DNA of 64,000 nucleotides from Myxococcales bacterium (GTDB lineage Bacteria > Myxococcota_A > UBA9042 > JABWCM01 > BTVJ01). A program made the translations under genes and the position numbers. Below are positions 19,926-29,515 of this stretch, one piece after another (the stretch's first letter is position 1; each line of letters opens with the position of its first letter). Location of the stretch: positions 1 to 64,000 of the forward strand of contig BTVJ01000033.1 of NCBI GenBank assembly GCA_045863395.1, read 5' to 3'. The notes below the pieces were generated by a model that saw only the letters and a list, made by a program, of their open reading frames with translations, was not told where the DNA came from and did no database searches.

Positions 19926-20904
19926 CGCGGCCTACGAAGGCAGGAGCGTCCTGATCACCGGCGGGCTCGGCTTCATCGGCAGCACCCTCGCGCATCGGCT
20001 CGTCGGGGCCGGCGCGCGGGTCTCTCTGCTCGACGCCGTGTTGGCCGGCAGCGGCGCCAACCACCACAACATCGCGGCGATCCGGGGTGACGTCTCCGTC
20101 GTGGTGGGCGACGTGCGGGACACCGGCACCCTCGCGACGATGATCCCGGGCGTGGACGTGGTGTTCAACCTGGCGGGCACGCTCAGCCACACCGACAGCA
20201 TGACCGACCCGCTCACCGACCTCGACATCAACTGCCGCGCGCAGGTGGGGCTGCTCGAGACCTGTCGCCGCCTGGCGCCGACGGCCCGAATCGTCTATGC
20301 CGGGACCCGCGGTCAGTATGGGCGACCCCGGTATCTGCCCGTCGACGAGGAGCACCCCCTCCACGCCACGGACGCCAATGGAATCAACAAGACGGCGGGA
20401 GAGGCCTACCACCTCCTCTACCACCAGCACCATGGCCTCCAGACGACCTCGCTGCGCATGAGCAACACCTACGGTCCCCGCCACCAGATGAAGCACGCGC
20501 GGCAGGGCGTGATCGGGTGGTTCGTGCGCCAGGCCCTCGATGACGCCGCAATGCGCGTGTTCGGCGATGGGCGGCAGATGCGTGACGCCACGTATGTAGA
20601 CGACGTCGTCGACGCGCTCTGCCTGGCCGGCGCCAGCGAGGCCGCGGTCGGCGAGGCGTTCAACCTCGGGTCTGCCCCGGTTCCCCTCGTCGAGCTCGCG
20701 CGGGCCATCGTGCGGGCGGCGGGACGCGGTCGGGTCGAGCTGGTGCCCTATCCTGAGGCGTCTCGCCAGGTGGAGGTGGGGGACTACGTGGCCGACACGT
20801 CCAAGATTGAGCGGTTGCTTGGCTGGCGCGCCTCCGTGTCTCTCGAGGACGGTCTGGCTCGCACGGTGGAGTTCTACGAGCGCGAGAGAGCGCACTACTG
20901 GTAG
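19915..20904 (+). CDS. NAD-dependent epimerase/dehydratase
   Basis: LITGGLGFIG, FNLAG, NTYGPR, FGDGRQMRD. Confidence 0.88.
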   Translation: MDASAAYEGRSVLITGGLGFIGSTLAHRLVGAGARVSLLDAVLAGSGANHHNIAAIRGDVSVVVGDVRDTGTLATMIPGVDVVFNLAGTLSHTDSMTDPLTDLDINCRAQVGLLETCRRLAPTARIVYAGTRGQYGRPRYLPVDEEHPLHATDANGINKTAGEAYHLLYHQHHGLQTTSLRMSNTYGPRHQMKHARQGVIGWFVRQALDDAAMRVFGDGRQMRDATYVDDVVDALCLAGASEAAVGEAFNLGSAPVPLVELARAIVRAAGRGRVELVPYPEASRQVEVGDYVADTSKIERLLGWRASVSLEDGLARTVEFYERERAHYW

Positions 20905-20911
20905 GCACGAG

Positions 20912-22030
20912 ATGCAGATCCCCTTCATGTCACTGCGGGAGCAGTTCACCGAGCTGGCTGGCGACGTCCAGGCGGCCATCGACGACGTGTTTCGGCGGTC
21001 CCACTTCGTCCTGGGCGAGCACGGGCGCCTGTTCGAGCAGGAGCTCGCCACGCACTGCGGTACCCCCCACGCCATTGGAGTCGGGTCGGGGACCGATGCG
21101 CTGCACCTGGCGCTCCGCGCGGTCGGGGTGCGGCCCGGCTCCGAGGTGATCACCGTCGGCAACGTGTGGGTCCCCACGGCCTGTGCCATCGTCGCAGCCG
21201 GGGCCGTGCCCGTGCTCGTCGACGTGGAGCCGGACACCTGCAACATGGCGGTGGCGGCCGTCGCCGAGCGGATCACGGAGAGGACGGCGGCCATCGTCCC
21301 CGTGCACCTGTATGGGCAGGTCGTCGACATGGACCCGCTGCTCGACCTCGCCGGGTCCGCGCGGCTGCCCGTGGTGGAGGACGCCTGCCAGGCGTACGGC
21401 GCCGAGTACAAGGGGCGCCGCGCGGGCTCCCTCGGCGACGCGGGTTGCTTCAGCTTCTACCCGACGAAGAACCTGGGGGCCTATGGCGACGGGGGCGCCG
21501 TGGTGACCAGCGACGAGGGCGTGGCGCGGGCGGTCCGCATGCTCCGCAACTATGGCGAGGGCGAGCGGCGATATCAGAGTGAGATGCCGGGCGTCAACAG
21601 CCGCCTCGACGAGCTCCAGGCAGCCATCCTGCGGGCGAAGCTCCCTCGGCTGGACGCGTGGAACGTCGCGCGCCGGCGCCATGCTGCGCTCTATCGCGAG
21701 CGCCTCGCCGGCGCAGGAGTCACCCTCCTCGCGGAGCGGGAGTGGGCGCTCCCCAACTACCACCTGTTCGTCGTCAGGACGCCGCACCGCGACCGCCTCG
21801 CCGCGTGGCTCGCACGGCACGGCATCGGGACCGCGGTCCACTATCCCGTGCCGGTGCACCTCCAGCCCGCCTTCGCCCACTTGGGCCTGGGGGAGGGAGC
21901 TCTGCCGGAGACTGAGCGCGCCTGCCGTGAGGTGCTGTCGCTCCCGATCTACCCGGAGCTGCGGCCGGAGGAGATCGAGCGGGTCGCTGAGGCCCTGTCG
22001 GCCTTTCACCCCGATGTGGAGGCCCCATGA
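20912..22030 (+). CDS. DegT/DnrJ/EryC1/StrS-family aminotransferase
   Basis: [41 protein letters not shown]. Confidence 0.92.
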   Translation: MQIPFMSLREQFTELAGDVQAAIDDVFRRSHFVLGEHGRLFEQELATHCGTPHAIGVGSGTDALHLALRAVGVRPGSEVITVGNVWVPTACAIVAAGAVPVLVDVEPDTCNMAVAAVAERITERTAAIVPVHLYGQVVDMDPLLDLAGSARLPVVEDACQAYGAEYKGRRAGSLGDAGCFSFYPTKNLGAYGDGGAVVTSDEGVARAVRMLRNYGEGERRYQSEMPGVNSRLDELQAAILRAKLPRLDAWNVARRRHAALYRERLAGAGVTLLAEREWALPNYHLFVVRTPHRDRLAAWLARHGIGTAVHYPVPVHLQPAFAHLGLGEGALPETERACREVLSLPIYPELRPEEIERVAEALSAFHPDVEAP

Positions 22031-23079
22031 CCACGGTGCTCGTGACGGGCGGCTGCGGCTTCATCGGCAGCGCGTTTCTGCGGATGGCAGTTCGGGAGAA
22101 CCCGGAGTGGCGCTTCGTCAACCTGGACCTGCTCACCTACGCCGGCAATGTCGCCAACCTGGCGCCCATCGCAGGCGCAGCGCACTACACCTTCGTCCGG
22201 GGAGACATCTGCGACGAGGCAACGGTGAGAGGCGTGTTCGAGGAGCACCCGCCGGACATCGTCGTCCACTTCGCCGCCGAGAGCCACGTGGACCGGAGCA
22301 TCGTGGGCCCGCGGCGCTTCCTGGAGACGAACGTGCTCGGGACCCTCTCGCTGCTCGAGGCCTGCCGGGCGGCGTGGAGGAGCTTCGACGGGCGGGTCTT
22401 CCTCCACGTCAGCACCGACGAGGTCTTTGGCTCTCTGGGTCCCACCGGGCGCTTCGACGAGCGCACGCCCTACAGCCCGAACAGCCCGTACTCCGCGTCC
22501 AAGGCGGGCAGCGACCACCTGGTCCGCGCCTACCACCACACCTACGGGCTCCCGGTGAAGATCACGAACTGCTCCAACAACTACGGCCCCTATCAGTTTC
22601 CCGAGAAGCTGATCCCCCTGATGATCCTGAACGCCTTCGAGGGGAAGGCGCTGCCCGTGTATGGGCGGGGCGACAACGTGCGCGACTGGCTGTACGTGGA
22701 CGACCACTGCCGGGCCATCCAGCGCGTGCTCCGCGACGGGGCGCTCGGAGAGACCTACCTCGTGGGCGGCTCCTGCGAGCGGTCGAACCTGGAGGTCGTC
22801 ACGACGATCTGCGCGCTGGTTGCGGAGGTCCGCGGGGTGCCGCCGGCGGAGATCGAGCGCCTGATCACCTACGTCAAGGACCGGCCGGGTCACGACCACC
22901 GCTACGCCATCGACGCGTCTCGCCTGGCGGAGCTCGGCTGGCGGCCGGAGGAGACGTTCGAGACAGGGCTCCGCCGGACGGTGCGCTGGTACTGCGAGAA
23001 TCAGGCGTGGGTGGACCAGGTGCGGACCGGCGAGTACCGGCGCTGGATGGACACGAACTACGGAGGGAGAGACGCATGA
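22027..23079 (+). CDS. rfbB: dTDP-glucose 4,6-dehydratase
   Basis: [50 protein letters not shown]. Confidence 0.95.
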   Translation: MTTVLVTGGCGFIGSAFLRMAVRENPEWRFVNLDLLTYAGNVANLAPIAGAAHYTFVRGDICDEATVRGVFEEHPPDIVVHFAAESHVDRSIVGPRRFLETNVLGTLSLLEACRAAWRSFDGRVFLHVSTDEVFGSLGPTGRFDERTPYSPNSPYSASKAGSDHLVRAYHHTYGLPVKITNCSNNYGPYQFPEKLIPLMILNAFEGKALPVYGRGDNVRDWLYVDDHCRAIQRVLRDGALGETYLVGGSCERSNLEVVTTICALVAEVRGVPPAEIERLITYVKDRPGHDHRYAIDASRLAELGWRPEETFETGLRRTVRWYCENQAWVDQVRTGEYRRWMDTNYGGRDA

Positions 23080-23954
23080 TCGGCAAGGGGATCATCCTGG
23101 CGGGCGGGAGCGGGACGCGCCTCCACCCGATCACGCTCGGTACGAGCAAGCAGCTCCTCCCCATCTACAACAAGCCTATGATCTACTACCCGCTGAGCGT
23201 GCTGATGCTCGCGCGGATCCGGGAGATCCTCGTGATCACGACGCCCCACGAGCAGGAAGGGTTCCGGCGCCTGCTCGGTGACGGCTCCCAGTGGGGCGTC
23301 CGCATCGAATATGCCGCGCAGCCGCACCCAGGTGGGCTCGCGCAGGCATTTCTGATCGGGCGCGACTTCCTGGCGGGTGACCCGGCCGCGCTGGTCCTCG
23401 GAGACAACATCTTCTACGCGGAGGGTCTGTCGGCGACGGTGCGGCGGGCGGCGGCGCTCGACCACGGCGCGTTGGTCTTCGCCTATCCCGTCGACCGCCC
23501 GCAGGAGTATGGCGTCGTCGAGTTCGACAGGGACAACCGGGTCGTGAGTCTCGAGGAGAAGCCTGTGCATCCCCGGTCCCGCTATGCGGTGACGGGGCTC
23601 TACTTCTACGACGGGACGGTCGCCGACAAGGCCGCGTCGCTGCGTCCCTCGGCGCGGGGCGAGCTGGAGATCACGGATCTCAACCGGCTCTATCTGGAGG
23701 AGGGGACACTCCAGGTCGAGAAGCTCGGGCGCGGCTTCGCGTGGCTCGACACGGGGACCTACCGCACCATGCTCCAGGCGTCGGCCTTCGTGGAGACCAT
23801 CGAGCAGCGCCAGGGCCTGATGATCGCCTGCCTCGAAGAGACCGCGTATCGGAGCGGCTGGATCTCCCGGGAGCAGTTGGAGGGGCTCGCCCAGCCGTTG
23901 GCGAAGACCGAGTATGGGCGGTATCTGCTCGGCCTGCTCCACGAGGAGCCGTGA
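23076..23954 (+). CDS. rfbA: Glucose-1-phosphate thymidylyltransferase
   Basis: [49 protein letters not shown] coupling. Confidence 0.95.
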   Translation: MIGKGIILAGGSGTRLHPITLGTSKQLLPIYNKPMIYYPLSVLMLARIREILVITTPHEQEGFRRLLGDGSQWGVRIEYAAQPHPGGLAQAFLIGRDFLAGDPAALVLGDNIFYAEGLSATVRRAAALDHGALVFAYPVDRPQEYGVVEFDRDNRVVSLEEKPVHPRSRYAVTGLYFYDGTVADKAASLRPSARGELEITDLNRLYLEEGTLQVEKLGRGFAWLDTGTYRTMLQASAFVETIEQRQGLMIACLEETAYRSGWISREQLEGLAQPLAKTEYGRYLLGLLHEEP

Positions 23955-23960
23955 GACGCC

Positions 23961-24596
23961 GTGAGGGACAACCGCAGCTATGTCTGGGGGAAGGACGAGG
24001 TCAGCCGGCGGCCCGAGTATTCCGTGATCGAGGAGTGGGTAGCGCCGCGCTCCCGGGTGATCGATCTCGGCTGCGGTGACGGCACGCTGCTCCGGCGGCT
24101 CAAGGACACCCATGACATCGAGGAGCGCGGAATCGAGCTCGCGCCCAGCGGGGTCGAGGCGTGCCTCGCGAAGCAGCTCAGCGTGACTCAAGGCGCCATC
24201 GACGTCCCGCTGAACGACATCGGAGACGACTCCTTCGACTACGCGGTCTGCAACGTCACTCTCCAGATGGTGACGCGGCCCGAGGTCCTGCTTCGGGAGA
24301 TGCGGCGCATCGCGACGAGGCAGATCGTCTCGTTCCCGAACTTCGCCTACGCGCCGAACCGCCTGGAGCTGCTGCTGCGTGGGCGGATGCCTCGCCGGCT
24401 CCTGTTCGGCTATCGGTGGTACGACACGGGGCACGTGCACCAGCTCTCCATCGCAGACTTCCTGGAGACCTGTCGCGACCTGGGGCTCGTCGTGCAGCAA
24501 GCCCACTTCTTGGGCCCCGTGGGAGGGCTCGTCCGTCTGGCGCCGAACCTGCTCGCCTGGGAGGCAATCTATCTGCTGGGGCGGGCGCCGGCGTAG
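23961..24596 (+). CDS. MetW-like SAM-dependent methyltransferase
   Basis: VIDLGCGDGTLL, IVSFPNF, GRMP...WYDT. Confidence 0.8.
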   Translation: MRDNRSYVWGKDEVSRRPEYSVIEEWVAPRSRVIDLGCGDGTLLRRLKDTHDIEERGIELAPSGVEACLAKQLSVTQGAIDVPLNDIGDDSFDYAVCNVTLQMVTRPEVLLREMRRIATRQIVSFPNFAYAPNRLELLLRGRMPRRLLFGYRWYDTGHVHQLSIADFLETCRDLGLVVQQAHFLGPVGGLVRLAPNLLAWEAIYLLGRAPA

Positions 24597-24648
24597 CTGA
24601 AGCGGCATCGCGGGACGCGCGGCAGGGCGAATTCCGCGCGCGCCCCGG

Positions 24649-26037
24649 TCAGGGAAACCGCAGCCCGAGCACCCAGGTCTCCCAGCGCCGCTGGAACGCG
24701 GCCATGTCGTCCTCTCCGAGCACGAGCTGGAGGGTGCGCCACCCGCTGGGGTCCTGGGCTCGCGCGGCCATGGCTCCTCGCACGAAGCGCTCGAGGAGGC
24801 CCTGCTCCTGGAGCCACAGCATGAGGTAGCGGGCCTGGGCGTAGTGCACTCCCGAGTCATCGCCGTAGAAGGAGCTGTCGCTCGTGGAGGTCAGACGCCG
24901 GAAGGTGGGGACGCCGCCGGCGCGGATCGCCCGCTGGAGGCCCGCCAGGCGCCAGTTCGTGAGGCCCACGATGCGGCCGTTCCGCTCGGCGCTCTGCTCG
25001 AACAGGGAGCCGAGCCCCTCGTTGATCCACGCCGGGCAGGACGGGTAGTTGGCGCGCATGTACGGGTGGACGATCTCGTGCACCAGCGTGCCGCCGCCGG
25101 TGCCGATGTTCATGACCAGGGCCCTGAGCCGCGGCGAGTAGTAGCCGTAGGGGGTGCCGGGCACGTCTCCCAGCAGCGTCCGGGCGTGGTGCTCGTAGCT
25201 CGCCGCGTCCTTGAAGAGCCAGACATTCAGGATCTCCGAGGGCTGCTTGTCGAAGAAGAGCGCCTCCAGCCGCTGCATGGCCCAGCCGACGGTCTTCTCC
25301 GCCCGCGACCGCACGGTGGCGGGGGCCTCGTCCCCGATGACCACGAACGGAGCCTGGACGACGACCGTGAAGCCGGGGGGCAGGCCCTCACGCAGGGCAC
25401 GCACGTGCTGGGCGAGAGCGGCTGCCGTGGGCGCTGCCTCCTTGGGCGGGCGGCGCACGTCGATTGGATCGAGGCGCAGCCGCACCAGGGTCCAGGCGTC
25501 AGGGTCGTACTTCAGTGGCCACAGCGACAGGAACGTGGCGCGCTTCATGCGCAGGTACGCGCCCTTTCGGATGGCTGGGTCGTGGGTGATCACCTCGTCC
25601 GTCCGGTCGTCGTAGCCGGTCACCAGCCGGAAGTGCTCGGTGGTGTTCGGGCGGGCGTCGAAGCGCGTACACACGATGGAGGGCACCCCGCGCTCCAGGT
25701 CCGCTACCAGCGCGCCGAAGGCGGCGTCCAGGTCGCCGGGCTCCTCGGCGCGGACCGTGCTCCAGACGGGTCCAATGTCGAAGCCCAGTGCCTTCGCCGC
25801 GACGACCATCTCTCGCGTCCAGGCCCCGCGCCCGAGCGCCGGGTCCACGCCCGTCAGCCCGAAGATGGCGTCCTGGCTCACGTCGTGGCCGAGGCGCTTC
25901 ATGGCCATGGACAGGCACGCCTCCCCGCAGAAGTCGGGGCGCTGCTCGACATGAGGCATACCCTCGATGAGCACCGGCGCGGCGGTGGCCGTCACAGGGG
26001 CAAGTGCGAGGGCAAGGGCGACGACCAGGCGCTGCAT
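24649..26037 (-). CDS. Secreted C39-like peptidase plus HEXXH metallopeptidase-like (DUF1570-like) fusion
   Basis: Signal peptide; PHVEQ...CGEAC...EHF...HDP; LVHEIVH...WINEGL. Confidence 0.72.
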   Translation of the reverse strand: MQRLVVALALALAPVTATAAPVLIEGMPHVEQRPDFCGEACLSMAMKRLGHDVSQDAIFGLTGVDPALGRGAWTREMVVAAKALGFDIGPVWSTVRAEEPGDLDAAFGALVADLERGVPSIVCTRFDARPNTTEHFRLVTGYDDRTDEVITHDPAIRKGAYLRMKRATFLSLWPLKYDPDAWTLVRLRLDPIDVRRPPKEAAPTAAALAQHVRALREGLPPGFTVVVQAPFVVIGDEAPATVRSRAEKTVGWAMQRLEALFFDKQPSEILNVWLFKDAASYEHHARTLLGDVPGTPYGYYSPRLRALVMNIGTGGGTLVHEIVHPYMRANYPSCPAWINEGLGSLFEQSAERNGRIVGLTNWRLAGLQRAIRAGGVPTFRRLTSTSDSSFYGDDSGVHYAQARYLMLWLQEQGLLERFVRGAMAARAQDPSGWRTLQLVLGEDDMAAFQRRWETWVLGLRFP

Positions 26038-26103
26038 GGGCTCCTCCGGGGTGGGGTGGCGGCTCCGGCGGGTTGAGACGCGCGGGGGGCCCCCGGGGAT
26101 CTG

Positions 26104-26484
26104 CTACCACATGGTGCGGACGAAGGGCAGCGGTCGGATCAGGGTGTCGCGGGTGCACAGCCGAGCACCATGCGCCATGGCCGTCGCGACGATGAAGCGA
26201 TCACAGGGGTCGAGGTGCATTGCGAGGGACTCTGCGAGCAGCGCGATCTCCGCTGTGAGCGGAAGGGATCTCACCCGCGGGATGGACGTCACGGCCGCTG
26301 CCCACTCCGACACCGGGACCTTCAGCTCAAGTCGCCGCTTGCGAAGGAGCAGCGCAACCTCCCAGAAGCAGATGGCCGGGACGCCGATGACCTCCGCCTC
26401 CGCCAGCGCCTGCGTTGCCTGCGGGCTCAGGTGGGATGGGTCTGCGGTCCACCAGATGGCCACGTGGGTGTCGAGGACGATCAC
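26104..26484 (-). CDS. vapC: PIN-domain toxin (VapC family)
   Basis: IVLDTH, FWEVA, DPCDRFIVATA, LCTRD. Confidence 0.9.
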   Translation of the reverse strand: MIVLDTHVAIWWTADPSHLSPQATQALAEAEVIGVPAICFWEVALLLRKRRLELKVPVSEWAAAVTSIPRVRSLPLTAEIALLAESLAMHLDPCDRFIVATAMAHGARLCTRDTLIRPLPFVRTMW

Positions 26485-26756
26485 TTGGGCCCTGCTTCGG
26501 GGAGCAGCTCCCAGCCGGCGTCGTCGATGGGCTGGAGGAAGGCCTCGTCATCGACGAGCAGGCGAGCACACCCCCTGAGCTTCGCGAGGATGGCCGCCTC
26601 CCGATCCTCCGGGCGCGTGATGGGGACGATGCGCGCGACGGGGCGGCCCCGCTTGGTGATGATCACCTCCACGCCCTGGGCGTCGACGTCATCCAGGACT
26701 GCGAGGCACTGCTGCTTGAACTGGCCGGCCGGCATGGTCTTTGTGTCCATGGACAT
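26481..26756 (-). CDS. Phd/YefM-family antitoxin
   Basis: AGQFKQQCLAVLDDV...VIITKRGRPVARIVP; overlaps the toxin start; start at 26756 or 26750. Confidence 0.88.
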   Translation of the reverse strand: MSMDTKTMPAGQFKQQCLAVLDDVDAQGVEVIITKRGRPVARIVPITRPEDREAAILAKLRGCARLLVDDEAFLQPIDDAGWELLPEAGPK

Positions 26757-26802
26757 GGTATATGGACATATCCTCTCGGCGTCAATGGGCAGTCTGTCCG
26801 GG

Positions 26803-28053
26803 TCAGACCAGGAGGGCCGCCCCTCCCACGACGCGCTCCACCACGGCCTTGAAGCGGGCGGGGACGCAGAGGCGCACCACCTCGTGGGCGGAGCGGCCGA
26901 GCAGGGCGACCAGCTCGCTCCGCGCCTCAATGGGCTGGAGGTGGCCCGACCGTGTGTGGATGTGGATGGGCTGGGCCTTGAGGCCCGCCTGGTACGGGGT
27001 GTAGGGGTGATCCCTTCCGTGGTCGACCAGCACGTGCCACTCGGGGTCGGCGCCGGCCCGCGCAGCCTCCTCCCGCGCCTCGGCGATCACCGCCGCGTGG
27101 CCGCGGGGGTCGTCGGGCGGCAGCTCCACCGTCTTGAACAGGCCGCGCCCCAGGAGCCCGGCGGAGAGCTCCGCGAGGATGGGGTCCGCGTCATCTCGCC
27201 AGCGCTTGAGGAGGCCCCACAGGTCGTCGTCGTCCAGGGCGACGATGTCCTCGGGCTTGAGGTCACGGCCGCTCGCCAGCCGCCCAAGCGGTCCGTCCAG
27301 CGCGGGGGCGACCAGGTGCGCCCGCGCGAAGGCCGCCTCGAGCATCTTCTCTGCGCTGCGGCTGGCCTTGTGGAGGTAGACCTGCTTGTACATGTGGAAG
27401 CGGGCGATGAGGTAGCCCTCCACAGCCTCGATGGCTCGCTCGTTGACCGCGACCCGGGCGTCGACCACCTGGAGCATGCCCAGGATGCGCGCCAGGTCGA
27501 AGGCGCCGATCTTGACCCCCGTGCACAAGGCGTCCCGCAGGATGTAGTCGAGCCGGTCCGCGTCGAGCTGGCTCGACACCAGGTCCCCCGCGGGACCGCC
27601 CCCTTTGGAGAGCAGGCCCACCACGCGCGCGGGCAGGTGCGGGTCTACGGCCGCAAGGATCCGGTGCGCCGCGCGGCCCGGATCCAGCAGTACGGCCGCC
27701 GTCGTGGTCTCGTGGTGGATCCCGGTCACCCGCTCGACGACGTGGCTGAGCGGGCCGTGCCCCACGTCGTGGAGCAGGGCGGCCGCTGCCACTGCCAGCC
27801 GCTGCTCTGCGTCCCCGCGCGGCCAGAGCTGGTCATACATGCGCCTCGCCAGGTGGCAGACGCCCATGGAGTGGGTGAAGCGCGAGTGCTCCGCCCCGTG
27901 GAACACGAGGAAGGTCATGCCGAGCTGGCGCACGCGGCGCAGTCGCTGGACCTCGGGGGCATCGACCAGCGCCAGCAGGGTGGCCTCGACGGGGTCGTCC
28001 TGGTCGTAGGCGATGATGTCGTGGACGGGGTCGCGGAAGAGCTTGGGTCTCAC
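26803..28053 (-). CDS. HD-domain phosphohydrolase (SAMHD1/YwfO-like dNTP triphosphohydrolase)
   Basis: RDPVH, QRLRRVRQLG, HSRFTHSMG, LLHDVGHGPLSH, DADRLDY, YKQVYLHK. Confidence 0.88.
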   Translation of the reverse strand: MRPKLFRDPVHDIIAYDQDDPVEATLLALVDAPEVQRLRRVRQLGMTFLVFHGAEHSRFTHSMGVCHLARRMYDQLWPRGDAEQRLAVAAAALLHDVGHGPLSHVVERVTGIHHETTTAAVLLDPGRAAHRILAAVDPHLPARVVGLLSKGGGPAGDLVSSQLDADRLDYILRDALCTGVKIGAFDLARILGMLQVVDARVAVNERAIEAVEGYLIARFHMYKQVYLHKASRSAEKMLEAAFARAHLVAPALDGPLGRLASGRDLKPEDIVALDDDDLWGLLKRWRDDADPILAELSAGLLGRGLFKTVELPPDDPRGHAAVIAEAREEAARAGADPEWHVLVDHGRDHPYTPYQAGLKAQPIHIHTRSGHLQPIEARSELVALLGRSAHEVVRLCVPARFKAVVERVVGGAALLV

Positions 28054-29456
28054 GGGGCGAGGACCTCCTCGAGGATCGCCGCCTCGGCGCGAGGGCGATC
28101 GGTCAGCTCGGCGGCGACCGGGCCGGCGCAGTAGACGCGGATCTTCTTCACCACCTGCACGAAGTCCGTCTGGACGCCCGCCACGATGCCCGACAGCTCG
28201 TGGAGGGCGTACTGGGCGCGGCCTCGCACGGACGGGAAGCGCACGGGGATGGTCTCCAGGCGGTCCTTGTCACGGGGCGGGATGTCGATGAGCACCGCGG
28301 AGGGGTGGATCGGGTGGCCGACGAGGCGCTCCAGGCGAGCGCGGACGCGGGCGACCATCGAGTCAGCGGCGGCGGCGTCCATGCCGTACAGCACGTCGTA
28401 GGCGCGGCGCTTGTCCTCCTCGGCGTAGATGCGGCTGAAGGTGGCGATGCGCTTGTGCAGCCGCCGCCTGTCCCCCGTGAGCCCGGCGAGGAGGTGCGCC
28501 GCCGTGCTCCCAAGCGGGGCCGCCCCGCGCAGGGAGTCGAGCAGCGCGTCGTCCCCGAAGGCGAGGAGATCGGTGGTGAGCGCTTGGCGGTCCGGTTGCA
28601 CACGGGCCACGTGATCGGCCAGCGCGGCCTCCACCATGGCGGAGGCCGCGCGCACCGTGTGGTGCCAGTAGGCCTCGCTGAACATGGTGTAGCGGCAGAA
28701 CACGAACACCTCGGCGCTGACCTTTCCCTTGGCCCAGATGGCGAGGCGCTCCTCGTCCTCGGCCAGGGTCAGGGAGCCGAGCAGGCGGTCCCGGTCGTAG
28801 TTCTTGCCGTAGGGCACGCCGAGGTGCGTGCTGTCCCGCTCCAGGTAGTCCATCTTGTCGGCGTCGATGGCGCCGCTGATCACGCTCTGGAGCACCCGGT
28901 CCACGGGGCGCAGGTCGGCGCGCTTGTGCGTGAGCAGCCGGACCACCCGAGCCGGGTCGATGCCCCAGCTCCACGAGAGCACGTCCGCGATGGGGCGCAC
29001 GCGGTGGGGCTGGCCCACCTCCCCGAACAGGATGGGCGCCGCCAGGTCCTCGTGGCGCGGCGTGTCCCGCCCCTTGGCGTGGAGCGCCTCCAGGGAGTGG
29101 GCGAAGGGGTAGTGCCCGATGTCGTGGAGCAGGCCGGCGGCGAGCACGACGAGGATGTCCGCCTCGGAGACGGAGTCGGCGAAGGCCGGCGTGCGGAGCA
29201 GGGAGCGCACGAAGGCGCGCACGTTGCCGTAGACCCCGATGCTGTGTTCGAAGCGGGTGTGGACGGCGCCGGGGTACACGAGGTGGGTGGGCCCGAGCTG
29301 GCGCACCCGGCGCAGGCGCTGGAAGGACGGGTGATCGATGACCTCGGCGACCCGGGAGGTCAGCGGAACGTCCCGGTTCTCTCCGACGCGGATCACCCCA
29401 GCCGGGGCGACGGGGTCGGAGAGCTCGGGGATGCGGCTCGCGAGGTCGCTGGACAT
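28050..29456 (-). CDS. Second HD-domain phosphohydrolase (SAMHD1-like)
   Basis: QRLRRVRQLG, HTRFEHSIG, LLHDIGHYPFAH, DADKMDYLERD. Confidence 0.88.
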   Translation of the reverse strand: MSSDLASRIPELSDPVAPAGVIRVGENRDVPLTSRVAEVIDHPSFQRLRRVRQLGPTHLVYPGAVHTRFEHSIGVYGNVRAFVRSLLRTPAFADSVSEADILVVLAAGLLHDIGHYPFAHSLEALHAKGRDTPRHEDLAAPILFGEVGQPHRVRPIADVLSWSWGIDPARVVRLLTHKRADLRPVDRVLQSVISGAIDADKMDYLERDSTHLGVPYGKNYDRDRLLGSLTLAEDEERLAIWAKGKVSAEVFVFCRYTMFSEAYWHHTVRAASAMVEAALADHVARVQPDRQALTTDLLAFGDDALLDSLRGAAPLGSTAAHLLAGLTGDRRRLHKRIATFSRIYAEEDKRRAYDVLYGMDAAAADSMVARVRARLERLVGHPIHPSAVLIDIPPRDKDRLETIPVRFPSVRGRAQYALHELSGIVAGVQTDFVQVVKKIRVYCAGPVAAELTDRPRAEAAILEEVLAP

Positions 29457-29515
29457 GGCGCGAGGATAGCCCGGCGGGGGAGGGAAGGCCAGGGGGCGGG
29501 CACCGGGAGCTGGGG

